From positions 4,134 to 68,133 of the forward strand of contig CACBRW010000001.1 of NCBI GenBank assembly GCA_902541745.1: a stretch of 64,000 nucleotides of DNA, written 5' to 3'. This DNA is from an uncultured Pelagibacteraceae bacterium. Its GTDB lineage: Bacteria > Pseudomonadota > Alphaproteobacteria > Pelagibacterales > Pelagibacteraceae. Position 1 is the stretch's first letter. Every line of letters starts with the position of its first letter. The notes beneath the pieces are model-generated. The model was given only the letters and a program-made list of their open reading frames with translations, did not search any database and was not told the DNA's origin. The translations under genes and the position numbers were made by a program. Below are positions 27,706-37,813 of this stretch, in pieces.

Positions 27706-28585
27706 CGTTTTTATAATCTGCTTTTCTTGCTAAATATATTCCAATAAATACAGCAATTAATGCGACTATAATTTTTGAGGTAATTATTTCATTAAGAAAT
27801 ATGTATCCTAAAATAATTCCAAATATTGGAATGATATATGAAACTTGTGAATGAAATATGAGACCATTTGTTTTTAAAATTCTGAATCTTAATAACCATG
27901 CTATCCCGGTAGGGAAAATTCCTAAATATATTACTGATATAATAGAGTCTGTTGAAGGATTTAACATCCAAGGTTTTTCAAAAATTAAAGTGAATGGAAG
28001 AAGTATAATTGTTGACCAAATTAAAATTGAACCTGTAACATTTTCATTTTCTTTATTGCTTATTTTTAAGGTTATTACTCCTCCAATTACATAGCAAGTT
28101 GATCCAAGTAGAATTAAAAGTGCAGCAACAAAGTTATTTTCATTTATTAAAAAGTCATCTGAAAACAAAAATACTATTCCTGAAAATCCTATTAATAATC
28201 CAATAGTTTTTAATAAGTTAAATTTTTCTCCTTTTAAAAAAAAGTGAGCTAGAACTGTTGAGCTTAATGGTGTTGTGGACATCAATATTGCTGCTAAGTT
28301 ACTTTGAACAAAATTCACTCCATAAGATATTAGTATGAATGGAATAACTAAATTTACCAATCCAATAATTGCAAACCACTTCCAGTCTTTTGAGAATGCT
28401 TCAATTTTTATATTTTTATAAAAACATAAAATTAAAACTGGTATAGCTCCCAAAAAAGATCTTAAAAAACCTATTGTAATAGGTCCAAATGAGTATGTCG
28501 CAATCTTTATATTAAAAAAAGCAGACGCCCATATTAATGACAACAATGTCAACAACAAATAATCAACTAATTGTGGTTTTCTCAT
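27698..28585 (-). CDS. EamA/DMT family transporter
   Basis: About 10 TM helices in two repeats, LIWAS, terminal L.E motifs. Confidence 0.88.
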   Translation of the reverse strand: MRKPQLVDYLLLTLLSLIWASAFFNIKIATYSFGPITIGFLRSFLGAIPVLILCFYKNIKIEAFSKDWKWFAIIGLVNLVIPFILISYGVNFVQSNLAAILMSTTPLSSTVLAHFFLKGEKFNLLKTIGLLIGFSGIVFLFSDDFLINENNFVAALLILLGSTCYVIGGVITLKISNKENENVTGSILIWSTIILLPFTLIFEKPWMLNPSTDSIISVIYLGIFPTGIAWLLRFRILKTNGLIFHSQVSYIIPIFGIILGYIFLNEIITSKIIVALIAVFIGIYLARKADYKNVT

Positions 28586-29064
28586 TCTGTTATTTCGTTT
28601 ATCTCACCAGAGGTTAAGGCAATTAAATTTTCAAAATTTATTTCGAATACTGCATTAGGATGACCTGCGGCTGCAAAAATAGAGGAAAATCTATTTAAAG
28701 TTTCATCAATAAAAATTTTTATTTTTGTTAAATGTCCTGTTGGAGATACTCCACCAATTGTATATCCAGTAATTTTTTTAACATCTTCTGGGTTCGCCAT
28801 TGAAACATCTTTTTCATCTAAAATTTTTTTTAATTTATTTAATGAACACCTTTTATCTCCAGAAACTAAACATAAAACATAACTATCCCCTGCTTTAAAA
28901 AGTAAGCTTTTGACAATGGCTCCTACTTTGCAACCTAAAGCTGTAGCTGCATCGTTAGCTGTTCTGGCAGTATGCTCTAACACAATCACTTTAAGATCTC
29001 GGTTAAATTGTTTCAGCGATTTTTCTGCTCTTAAAACTGCCTCTTTATTTAATATTGAATTCAC
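28582..29064 (-). CDS. YbaK/EbsC (aminoacyl-tRNA deacylase-like) family protein
   Basis: IVKSLLF, TGYTIGGVSP, AAAG; GTG start. Confidence 0.88.
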   Translation of the reverse strand: MNSILNKEAVLRAEKSLKQFNRDLKVIVLEHTARTANDAATALGCKVGAIVKSLLFKAGDSYVLCLVSGDKRCSLNKLKKILDEKDVSMANPEDVKKITGYTIGGVSPTGHLTKIKIFIDETLNRFSSIFAAAGHPNAVFEINFENLIALTSGEINEITE

Positions 29065-29201
29065 AAGTTTAATAAATTTATTATTTTAGTGACTAATTAC
29101 ACTACTTATGTGAAAATTGCATAGGTGTTATTTATTAAATAAGCAATATTTTTAAGTATTTTTTTGCTAATTAGGCCAAACAAAATTACATAGGAGACAA
29201 A

Positions 29202-30608
29202 ATGAGTGCAGCAAACGTTTTAAAGTATATCAAAGAAAAAGATGCGGAATTTGTAGATTTAAGATTTACAGACCCAAGAGGTAAACTTCAGCATTTAACT
29301 ATGGACTCAACAGTAGTTGATGAGGGAATGTTAAATGAAGGTGTGTTTTTTGATGGTTCTTCTATTGCAGGATGGAAAGCAATTAATGAATCTGACATGA
29401 TTTTAAAGCCGGATACTTCAAGAATGTTTATGGATCCTTTTACGTCTCATAATACAGTAGTTTTGTTTTGCGATATTCTTGATGCGATAAAGAAAACACC
29501 ATATGAGAGAGATCCTAGAGGTATAGCAAAAAAAGCAGAGGAGTATTTAAAATCCTCTGGAATTGGTGATAAAGCATTTTTTGGTCCAGAGCCTGAATTT
29601 TTTGTATTTGACGATGTTCGAATTAAAAATGATATGAATGAATGTGGCTTTGTCCTAGACAGTAAAGAAGGTCCCTATAACTCTGGGAAAGAATACGAAA
29701 ACGGAAACATGGGTCATAGACCGGGTGTAAAAGGAGGATACTTCCCTGTTCCGCCTGTAGATAGCGAACAGGATATGAGAAGTGAATATTTAAAAAACTT
29801 AAAAGAAGTGGGTATTAAAGTTGAAAAACATCACCATGAAGTTGCACCAAGTCAGCATGAATTAGGAATGTATTTTGGAACTTTAGTTGATCAAGCAGAT
29901 AATGTTCAGTTATACAAATATGTTGTTCAAATGGTAACTCATTCATTTGGAAAAACAGCAACATTTATGCCTAAACCAGTTGCGGGTGATAATGGTTCTG
30001 GAATGCACACTCACCAATCAATATGGAAAGGTGATACACCGGTATTTTCTGGTGATGCTTACTCAGGCTTGTCGGAAAAAGCTTTGCATTACATTGGTGG
30101 AATTTTAAAACATGCAAAAGCAATAAATGCATTTTCAAATGCAACTACAAATAGCTATAAAAGATTAATTCCTGGTTTTGAGGCTCCAGTATTACTAGCT
30201 TACTCAGCTAGAAATAGATCAGCATCATGTAGAATTCCGATTACCTTAAGTAAAAAAGGCGCAAGATGTGAAATTAGATTCCCTGATGCATCAGGAAATC
30301 CTTATTTAACTTTTGCAGCAATGTTAATGGCTGGAATAGATGGAATTAAAAATAAAATTCATCCAGGTGAATCATTTGACAAAGATTTATATGAATTACC
30401 ACCAGAAGAAGTTAAATCTATTCCGACTGTATGCGGATCATTAAGGGAAGCAATGGAAAGTTTAGATAAAGACAGAGAATTTTTAACTCAAGGTGGTGTC
30501 TTTACTGATGACCAAATTGATGCTTATATTGCTTTAAAGTTCGAGGAAATTCATAAATTTGAACATGCACCTCATCCTGTTGAGTTTGAGATGTATTATA
30601 GCTGCTAA
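29202..30608 (+). CDS. glnA: Glutamine synthetase type I
   Basis: [35 protein letters not shown], adenylylation-site DLYELP; SD AGGAG. Confidence 0.97.
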   Translation: MSAANVLKYIKEKDAEFVDLRFTDPRGKLQHLTMDSTVVDEGMLNEGVFFDGSSIAGWKAINESDMILKPDTSRMFMDPFTSHNTVVLFCDILDAIKKTPYERDPRGIAKKAEEYLKSSGIGDKAFFGPEPEFFVFDDVRIKNDMNECGFVLDSKEGPYNSGKEYENGNMGHRPGVKGGYFPVPPVDSEQDMRSEYLKNLKEVGIKVEKHHHEVAPSQHELGMYFGTLVDQADNVQLYKYVVQMVTHSFGKTATFMPKPVAGDNGSGMHTHQSIWKGDTPVFSGDAYSGLSEKALHYIGGILKHAKAINAFSNATTNSYKRLIPGFEAPVLLAYSARNRSASCRIPITLSKKGARCEIRFPDASGNPYLTFAAMLMAGIDGIKNKIHPGESFDKDLYELPPEEVKSIPTVCGSLREAMESLDKDREFLTQGGVFTDDQIDAYIALKFEEIHKFEHAPHPVEFEMYYSC

Positions 30609-30616
30609 ATAATTAG

Positions 30617-30787
30617 CTACTGTTTTGTTGTTGCAATTGTATTCTTGTTAATACCTTTTTTTACGACGTAATCTTGGGTACCATTAGCACCAGTTTCAAC
30701 TTCTTTTCGTAAATCTTTAAAGAAAGCTTTTTCTTTTAAAGAATCTTTTAGGTTCTTAACTAGATTTTTAAACTCAAATTTATTCAT
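30617..30787 (-). CDS. Small 56-aa basic hypothetical protein (below the ORF-track cutoff)
   Basis: Hand translation MNKFEFKNLVKNLKDSLKEKAFFKDLRKEVETGANGTQDYVVKKGINKNTIATTKQ*; fills the glnA-sufA gap and has a promoter-like upstream region. Confidence 0.7.
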   Translation of the reverse strand: MNKFEFKNLVKNLKDSLKEKAFFKDLRKEVETGANGTQDYVVKKGINKNTIATTKQ

Positions 30788-30793
30788 AACGAA

Positions 30794-30834
30794 TCTATAT
30801 ACTAGATATGCATAAAATGCAATTCAGATATGCA
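30794..30834 (-). promoter_or_regulatory. Candidate leaderless sigma70 promoter overlapped by TGCA palindromes
   Basis: Minus strand TTGCAT-N17-TATAGA just before ATG; TGCAT-N3-ATGCA (30809-30821); TGCA-N9-TGCA (30818-30834). Confidence 0.5.
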
Positions 30835-30853
30835 AATATTAGGATAATACAAC

Positions 30854-31189
30854 CTATGATGTTTTGAAGGATTCTCCACAGCCACATCGCTCAGTTTCAT
30901 TTGGATTATTAAATACAAATGACGAGGACAATTCCTCTTTTTTATAATCCATTTCAGTTCCGAGCAGATACATAATAGCAGCTGAGTCAACGAATACTTT
31001 TACACCCTTATCCTCAATAACTTCATCATTAGGATTTAACTCTTTTGTGTATTCCATTACATATGACATCCCTGCGCAACCACCAGATTTTACTGATACT
31101 CTAACACCAATAGAATCTTTTTCAGCATTAGCCATTATCTCTTTTATTCTTGATGCTGCGTTATTACTTAATTTGATTATAGGGTTCAT
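30854..31189 (-). CDS. sufA: A-type Fe-S carrier (SufA/IscA, HesB family)
   Basis: GGCAGMSY and CGCGESF. Confidence 0.92.
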   Translation of the reverse strand: MNPIIKLSNNAASRIKEIMANAEKDSIGVRVSVKSGGCAGMSYVMEYTKELNPNDEVIEDKGVKVFVDSAAIMYLLGTEMDYKKEELSSSFVFNNPNETERCGCGESFKTS

Positions 31190-31488
31190 TACAAATTCAA
31201 TTCCAATTTAGCTGATTCCGACATCATATCTTTGTTCCATGGTGGGTCCCAAACTAGCTCAAGATCAACATCCTCTATACCTTCTACCTGCATTGCACCC
31301 TCTTTTACCTCTTTTGGTAAACTTTCTGCAACTGGACAATTTGGAGTTGTCAAAGTCATTTTAATAATTGCAAACTTTTCATCCTTTACTTTAATATCAT
31401 AAATCAAACCCAATTCGTAGATATTTACAGGTAACTCTGGGTCATAAATTTTTCTTATTTCTTCAATTATCTGTTCTTTTTTTGACAT
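31189..31488 (-). CDS. sufT: SUF system DUF59 (SufT/PaaD-like) protein
   Basis: DPELPVNIYELGL, MTLTTPNCP, WDPPW. Confidence 0.88.
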   Translation of the reverse strand: MSKKEQIIEEIRKIYDPELPVNIYELGLIYDIKVKDEKFAIIKMTLTTPNCPVAESLPKEVKEGAMQVEGIEDVDLELVWDPPWNKDMMSESAKLELNL

Positions 31489-31491
31489 AAT

Positions 31492-31956
31492 TTAATTTTC
31501 TGTTTTTACTTCTTCTGTTTTTTCATCAAAAGCAGAAACCATTGTGTGCCAAGATAAGGTTGCACATTTAACTCTCATTGGATATTGCTTAACACCAGAT
31601 AAACACATCAGTTTAGTTTTTTCATCCTCACTCAAATACTCAGATTTTAATTCAGGATTTTCTTTAATCATGCCTAAAAAATCCTCAACTATTTCCTTAG
31701 CTTCATGCTCATTTTTTCCTTTGATCAAATCAGTCATTATAGAAGCTGAAGCCATTGAAATGGCACAACCGCTCCCTTCAAAAGATGCATCTTCTACAAT
31801 TTTTTGTCCATTTAATTTTAAATAAACATGAACATTATCACCACAAAGAGGATTGTTGCCTTTCGCGTCTTTATTATAACCTTCTGTCTTTCTAAGATTT
31901 CTAGGATTCTTACCGTGTTCTAGTATTATTTCTTGATAAAGTTCTTTTAAATTCAT
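31492..31956 (-). CDS. sufU: SufU-type (NifU/IscU-like) sulfur-transfer protein
   Basis: LYQEIILEH.KNPRN, NPLCGD, GCAIS, RVKC, with the SufU-type insertion. Confidence 0.88.
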   Translation of the reverse strand: MNLKELYQEIILEHGKNPRNLRKTEGYNKDAKGNNPLCGDNVHVYLKLNGQKIVEDASFEGSGCAISMASASIMTDLIKGKNEHEAKEIVEDFLGMIKENPELKSEYLSEDEKTKLMCLSGVKQYPMRVKCATLSWHTMVSAFDEKTEEVKTEN

Positions 31957-33173
31957 TATAGATTAAATATTTTTTTACAGTTGTTTATCGACTCATTTAG
32001 CTGATCTAAATCTTCTTTTGTGTTATAAATACCAACTGAGGCTCTGGCACTTGCTGGAATATTTAATTTATCATGAAGAATTTGACAACAATGATGTCCT
32101 GCTCTTATTGCAACTCCATCTTCATCCAAGATGGTTGCAATATCATGTGGGTGAACTCCTTCTATTGTGAATGATAACACCCCTCCTTTATTTTTTGGAT
32201 TTCCAATTAGTTTAACTGAATTATTTTTTTGCAATAGTTCTTGTCCATAATTAACTAAGTCAGCTTCATGTTTCATTACGTTTTCTATACCAATATTTTC
32301 TAAAAATTTTATTGATTGATCAAAGGCAATTACCTGTGCTGTAGCCATAGTTCCTGCCTCGTATTTATTAGGTAATTCACCATAGGAAATTCTATCTTTT
32401 TTAACCTCATTTATCATTCCTCCACCACCTTGGTATGGAGGTAATTCTTCTAACCATTTTTTCTTTCCGTAAAGAACTCCTAAACCTGTAGGTCCATACA
32501 TTTTGTGACATGAAATTGCATAGAAATCACAATCTAAATCTTGCATATCTAATCTTAAATGTGGCGCGCCTTGACATCCATCAACTACAACAATTATTCC
32601 TTTTGAATGTGCAAGTTGGGCAATTTCTTTTACTGGTAAAATTGCACCTGTTACATTAGACAAATGAGTAATTGAAATTAACTTTGTTTTTGGAGTTATT
32701 TTCTTTTCTATTTCTTCAAGAGTAATTTCACCTTCATCATTTATTTCAGCAAAATTAATTTTTATATTTTTTGATTTTCTTAAGAAGTGCCATGGGACAT
32801 AATTTGAATGATGCTCAAGTTCTGTAATCAATACTTCATCACCTTCCTGCAAGTAACTTTGGCCCAATGTATTAGCAACTAAATTTAATGCTTCGGTTGC
32901 ACCCTTTGTAAAAACAATTTCATTTTTATCTTGAGCGTTAATATATTTTTGTACAGACGTTCTTGTATTTTCATATAAATTAGTAGCAGCAACTGCAAGA
33001 TAATGAACACTTCTACCAACATTTGAAAATTGTTTGGTATAAAATTCATTTATTCTATCTACTACTATCTTAGGTTTTTGAGATGAATTAGCGCTATCTA
33101 AATAAACTAGATCATTGTTTTGAATTTTTTCATCAAATATTGGAAATTCTTTTTTTATTTGATCAATATTCAT
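31956..33173 (-). CDS. sufS: Cysteine desulfurase, group II
   Basis: YLDSA, EHHSN, SCHKMYGP (PLP Lys), RAGHHC. Confidence 0.95.
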   Translation of the reverse strand: MNIDQIKKEFPIFDEKIQNNDLVYLDSANSSQKPKIVVDRINEFYTKQFSNVGRSVHYLAVAATNLYENTRTSVQKYINAQDKNEIVFTKGATEALNLVANTLGQSYLQEGDEVLITELEHHSNYVPWHFLRKSKNIKINFAEINDEGEITLEEIEKKITPKTKLISITHLSNVTGAILPVKEIAQLAHSKGIIVVVDGCQGAPHLRLDMQDLDCDFYAISCHKMYGPTGLGVLYGKKKWLEELPPYQGGGGMINEVKKDRISYGELPNKYEAGTMATAQVIAFDQSIKFLENIGIENVMKHEADLVNYGQELLQKNNSVKLIGNPKNKGGVLSFTIEGVHPHDIATILDEDGVAIRAGHHCCQILHDKLNIPASARASVGIYNTKEDLDQLNESINNCKKIFNL

Positions 33174-34417
33174 TCTTTAATTCCAATCATATTTTTAATT
33201 AAGTTTTTTATTTCTGAATCGGTAATTTTTTCTACAACATCAAGCAAAAAACCATTGATTAATAGCTCCCTTGATTGCTGATAACTTAAACCTCTAGACA
33301 TTAAATAAAATATTGACTCTTCATTTAAGCTTCCCGAGGCTGAACCATGCGAACATTTAACGTCGTCAGCATAAATTTCTAATTCGGGCTTGGCATTAAA
33401 CTCTGACTCTTTATTCAGCAATATTGCTTTGCTCAATTGGTATCCATCAGTTTTCTGAGCGTCTGAATTTACAAATATTTTTCCTTGGTACACTGCTTTT
33501 GAGCTTTCATCTAACACACTTTTAATTAGTTGGTAACTTTTTGTATTTTCAGTTAGATGATTAATTTTTGATCTGATTTCGTGATGTTTATCATTGTTCA
33601 ATGAAAAAACACCATTTACAAAAGCTGATGCGTAAATGCCATTTAAATTACAATTTATCTCATTTTTAGAAAAATTTGATCCAGAGGATAAAATAAATGT
33701 TTCTGAAATACTATTCTTATCTTGATCGATATTGTTAAAAGAATATTTAATATTTTTATTTTCAAATTTATCTACTTTATAATTTTTTAAAACTGCATTT
33801 TCTTTTAATTCAAAGTTATAAAATATATTTAAAAAGTTCTTCTCAGATGTATCATTAAACAAATCAATTAATCTCAATGAGCTATCTTTATCTAGTTCAA
33901 AATTAAGTCGTAAATTTATGTTTTTAGACCAAATTTTTGAATTTGTTGTGTGATAGATAATTAAAGGTTTTACTAACTGATAACCTTTTTTTACTAATAT
34001 TTTAAAACATTTATTAGTAAAAGCATTGTTCAAGTCAGATAATGAATTGCTATTTTTAAACTCATTTATTGTTTCTGATTGATCAATTATTTCTATTTGA
34101 TCTCTTTTTTCATATTCAAAATCAATTTTTTCAATTCTACCATTTATAAAAACTATTTTATTATGCTCTAATCCATCTACAAATACAGATGTATCAACTT
34201 TATTAGTAGATGTTTGATCATTATAGAAACTAAGTTCTCCAATATTATTTTTTATTATTTGATTCAAATCTGAAAATCTCCAATCTTCCTCTTTTCTATT
34301 TGGAAAACCTTTGTCTATGAAATTGTCTAAACAAAATTTTTTTATTTCAATATCTTTTTGGGATAAACTTAAATTTTTTATACTATTATCAAAATCTTTT
34401 TGTAATTGTTCTTTCAT
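33170..34417 (-). CDS. sufD: Fe-S cluster assembly protein SufD
   Basis: EDWRF, KPELEIYADDVKCSHG, FYLMSRG. Confidence 0.93.
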   Translation of the reverse strand: MKEQLQKDFDNSIKNLSLSQKDIEIKKFCLDNFIDKGFPNRKEEDWRFSDLNQIIKNNIGELSFYNDQTSTNKVDTSVFVDGLEHNKIVFINGRIEKIDFEYEKRDQIEIIDQSETINEFKNSNSLSDLNNAFTNKCFKILVKKGYQLVKPLIIYHTTNSKIWSKNINLRLNFELDKDSSLRLIDLFNDTSEKNFLNIFYNFELKENAVLKNYKVDKFENKNIKYSFNNIDQDKNSISETFILSSGSNFSKNEINCNLNGIYASAFVNGVFSLNNDKHHEIRSKINHLTENTKSYQLIKSVLDESSKAVYQGKIFVNSDAQKTDGYQLSKAILLNKESEFNAKPELEIYADDVKCSHGSASGSLNEESIFYLMSRGLSYQQSRELLINGFLLDVVEKITDSEIKNLIKNMIGIKE

Positions 34418-35152
34418 TTAATTAAAATTTTCATATCCTTTTTTTTCTAATTCTAAAGCTAAATCTGGACCACCAGATTTTACAATTTTTCCATTCATCA
34501 AAACATGAACAAAGTCAGGTTTTATATAATCAAGCAATCTTTGATAATGTGTAATAATTAAAAATGAATTATTTTTATCTCTTAATGTATTTACTCCGTC
34601 TGCAACAGTCTTTAAGGCATCAATATCTAAACCAGAATCAGTTTCATCTAAAATTGACAATTTTGGTGCTAACAATGACATTTGCAAAATTTCATTTTTC
34701 TTTTTTTCACCTCCAGAAAAACCAACATTTAATTGTCTGTTTAATTTTTCCTCATCAAATTTTAATTCTTTAGATTTTTCTTTTACCAACTTTAAAAATT
34801 CAATAGCATCAAGCTCTTTCTCACCTCTCGCTTTTCTCACAGCATTCAAAGAAGTTTTTAAAAATATATTTGTATTTACACCTGGAATTTCTAAAGGATA
34901 TTGGAAAGCTAAAAATATACCCTTATGTGCTCTTTCCTCTGTTTCAAGTTCAAATAAATCTTTTTCTTCAAAAAGAACTTCCCCGGAAACTTCATATCCT
35001 TTTTTTCCGGATAAAATATTGGACAAAGTACTTTTTCCTGATCCGTTAGGACCCATAATTGCATGAACCTCACCAGGATTTATATCTAAGGATAACCCAT
35101 TTAAAATAGGCTTATTTTCAATTGTTGCATTTAAATTATTTATTTTAAGCAT
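34418..35152 (-). CDS. sufC: Fe-S cluster assembly ATPase SufC
   Basis: GPNGSGKST, FSGGEKK, DETDSGLDID, ITHYQRLL; start moved to MLKINN at 35152. Confidence 0.95.
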   Translation of the reverse strand: MLKINNLNATIENKPILNGLSLDINPGEVHAIMGPNGSGKSTLSNILSGKKGYEVSGEVLFEEKDLFELETEERAHKGIFLAFQYPLEIPGVNTNIFLKTSLNAVRKARGEKELDAIEFLKLVKEKSKELKFDEEKLNRQLNVGFSGGEKKKNEILQMSLLAPKLSILDETDSGLDIDALKTVADGVNTLRDKNNSFLIITHYQRLLDYIKPDFVHVLMNGKIVKSGGPDLALELEKKGYENFN

Positions 35153-36594
35153 TAGCCCACACTTCCTTCCAAACTGATACCTACAAGTTTTTGAGCTTCT
35201 ACAGCAAATTCCATAGGTAATTGTTGTAATACTTCCTTGCAAAAACCATTAACAATCAAGCCAACTGCTTCCTCTGGATTTAATCCTCTTTGTTGACAAT
35301 AATGTAGCTGCTCTTCGCTAATCTTGGACGTGGTTGCCTCATGAGCAATATTGGACTCAGAATTTTTATTTTTTATGTAAGGAACAGTGTGAGCCCCACA
35401 TTTATTACCCATCAATAAAGAATCACACTGAGTGTAATTAGTTGAATTTTTGGCTTTTGATGAAATATCAACTAATCCTCTATAAGTCATATCCGAACTA
35501 CCAGCTGAAATACCTTTCGAAATTATTTTACTTTTAGTATTTTTACCTAAATGGATCATTTTGGTGCCTGTATCTGCTTTTTGATGATTGTTTGTAATAG
35601 CTATTGAATAGAACTCACCAACAGAATTATCTCCTTTAAGAATACAACTAGGATACTTCCATGTAATTGCGGAACCTGTTTCAACTTGCGTCCATGAAAT
35701 TTTTGAATTTTTTCCTTTGCATAAACCTCTTTTTGTTACAAAATTATAAATTCCACCTTTGCCATCTTTATCTCCTGGATACCAATTTTGAACTGTTGAA
35801 TATTTTATTTCCGCATCATCAAGCGCAATCAATTCTACATTAGCAGCATGTAATTGATTTTCATCTCTCATTGGAGCTGTACATCCTTCTAAGTAACTTA
35901 CATAACTGCCTTTATCAGCTATAATTAAAGTTCTTTCAAATTGACCTGTATTTGATGCATTAATTCTAAAATAAGTTGATAATTCCATCGGACATCTAAC
36001 ACCCTCTGGAATGTAAACAAAAGAACCATCTGTAAAAACTGCTGAATTTAATGTTGCAAAAAAATGATCACTTGTCGGGATCACAGAACCTAAATATTTC
36101 TTGACTAATTCAGGATGATTTTGAATTGCCTCAGATATAGGGCAAAATATAATTCCTTGTTTGGTTAATTGATCTTTAAAAGTAGTTGCTACAGAAACTG
36201 AATCGAATACAGCATCAACAGCTATTCCATTTAATCTTGCTTGCTCTTGCAAAGGAATTCCAAGTTTTTTATAAGTTTCTAAAAGTTTAGGATCCAGCTC
36301 ATCTAAACTCTTTGGTTTATCTTTCATACTTTTAGGAGCAGAGTAATAATATAAATCTTGATAGTCTATTTTTGGAAATTTTGGTTTTTGCCAATCTGGT
36401 TCTTTTAATACCTTGAATCTCTCAAAAGCTTTTAATCTAAACTCAAGCATCCATGCAGGCTCTTTTTTAATATTAGAAATAAATTTAATAACATCTTCGT
36501 TCAAACCTTTTGGGGCTTGAATATTTTCTATATCCGTTGAAAAACCATATTTATAATCTTTTAAATTATTTATTTCTTTTTGTCTGTTATCCAT
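35152..36594 (-). CDS. sufB: Fe-S cluster assembly protein SufB
   Basis: [33 protein letters not shown]. Confidence 0.97.
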   Translation of the reverse strand: MDNRQKEINNLKDYKYGFSTDIENIQAPKGLNEDVIKFISNIKKEPAWMLEFRLKAFERFKVLKEPDWQKPKFPKIDYQDLYYYSAPKSMKDKPKSLDELDPKLLETYKKLGIPLQEQARLNGIAVDAVFDSVSVATTFKDQLTKQGIIFCPISEAIQNHPELVKKYLGSVIPTSDHFFATLNSAVFTDGSFVYIPEGVRCPMELSTYFRINASNTGQFERTLIIADKGSYVSYLEGCTAPMRDENQLHAANVELIALDDAEIKYSTVQNWYPGDKDGKGGIYNFVTKRGLCKGKNSKISWTQVETGSAITWKYPSCILKGDNSVGEFYSIAITNNHQKADTGTKMIHLGKNTKSKIISKGISAGSSDMTYRGLVDISSKAKNSTNYTQCDSLLMGNKCGAHTVPYIKNKNSESNIAHEATTSKISEEQLHYCQQRGLNPEEAVGLIVNGFCKEVLQQLPMEFAVEAQKLVGISLEGSVG

Positions 36595-36595
36595 T

Positions 36596-37021
36596 CTAAA
36601 TTCTTTTTTCTTTATTGTTATTTAATAGATCTTTTAGGCTTTTATTTTCAAAGAATGTATTTATGTGTATTTCTAATTCATCCCAAAGATTATGAGTAAT
36701 ACACTTTGTGGCTTTGCCATTGCATCCTTTTTTAGATTCTTTTTTACATTGAACAGTTTTTACTTTTTCATCAACAGCATGAAAAATATTTGTTAATTTA
36801 ATTTCGTTTGGGTTTTTATTAAGAACATATCCTCCTTGAGTTCCTCTAATACTTTTAACAATTTCGTTTTTTTTTAATTTAGAAAAAATTTGTTCTAAGT
36901 AATCTAAAGATATACCTTGTCTCAATGATATATCTCTTAGTGATACTGGGTTGATGTTATCAAACCTAGCTAAATCAACTAATGCCATTACAGCATATCT
37001 TCCTTTTGATGTAAGTTTCAT
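36596..37021 (-). CDS. iscR: Rrf2 family Fe-S regulator IscR
   Basis: [22 protein letters not shown]-x7-C-x6-C-x2-H cluster ligands; start moved to 37021. Confidence 0.88.
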   Translation of the reverse strand: MKLTSKGRYAVMALVDLARFDNINPVSLRDISLRQGISLDYLEQIFSKLKKNEIVKSIRGTQGGYVLNKNPNEIKLTNIFHAVDEKVKTVQCKKESKKGCNGKATKCITHNLWDELEIHINTFFENKSLKDLLNNNKEKRI

Positions 37022-37049
37022 TTTTACCCTTAAATTGTGGGTTTTATAC

Positions 37050-37074
37050 ATACCTGACCAAAATGGTCAAGTTT
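37050..37074. promoter_or_regulatory. IscR type-1-like operator
   Basis: ATACCTGACCAAAATGGTCAAGTTT with perfect core TGACCA-AAA-TGGTCA about 30 bp upstream of iscR. Confidence 0.75.
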
Positions 37075-37156
37075 AGAGTATAAAAAAAAACTAACATATT
37101 GTCGCTGACTTATGATAAACGTACATTTTTTTTGAGAATAATAATCAATATCGCAT

Positions 37157-37813
37157 ATGGATAATAAAATTTTAGAAATATTTATTCCTGGTCCTGCAGG
37201 AAGACTTGAAGCTAAATATTATAAAAGTAAAAAAAATACATCCCCAATTGCTTTAGTATTACAGCCTCATCCTCAATATGGTGGAACGATGAATAATAAA
37301 GTTGTAGTAGATACTTTTCATACTTTTATGGATAACGATTTTTCAGTTTGTAGAGTTAATTTCAGAGGTGTTGGCAAAAGCGATGGAGAGTTTGATAATG
37401 GTCAAGGTGAGCTTGCAGATGCAGCGGCAGCTTTAGACTGGTTAGAAAGAGAAAACTTTGATAATTCTCAATGCTGGGTTTCAGGATTTTCATTTGGGTC
37501 TTTGATTGCAATGCAATTGTTGATGAGAAGACCAGAAATAAACAGATTTATAGCTATTTCACCCCAACCAAATGTTTATGATTTTTCTTTTTTATCTCCT
37601 TGTCCAACTTCTGGATTTGTTGTTTATGGTAAAAAAGATGAATTGGTACCAGCAGAATATATTACTGAACTTGACAAAAGATTAACTGCTCAAAAAGGTA
37701 TCAGAGTAGAATTTAATGCAATACCTGAAGCTAATCACTTTTTTTCAAAAACAAGTGATGCTTTAATTAAACATCTTAATAAATACATAAAAAAAGAAAC
37801 AGCACTCTATTAA
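37157..37813 (+). CDS. Alpha/beta hydrolase (the usual iscR-divergent gene of alphaproteobacteria)
   Basis: GPAGRLE, PHPQYGGTMNN, nucleophile elbow GFSFG, D and H triad residues. Confidence 0.88.
   Translation: MDNKILEIFIPGPAGRLEAKYYKSKKNTSPIALVLQPHPQYGGTMNNKVVVDTFHTFMDNDFSVCRVNFRGVGKSDGEFDNGQGELADAAAALDWLERENFDNSQCWVSGFSFGSLIAMQLLMRRPEINRFIAISPQPNVYDFSFLSPCPTSGFVVYGKKDELVPAEYITELDKRLTAQKGIRVEFNAIPEANHFFSKTSDALIKHLNKYIKKETALY

Noticed and set aside
30802-30990. 62-aa minus-strand ORF overlapping sufA
   Set aside because: Out-of-frame overlap with sufA; the better candidate is the separate 30617-30787 ORF
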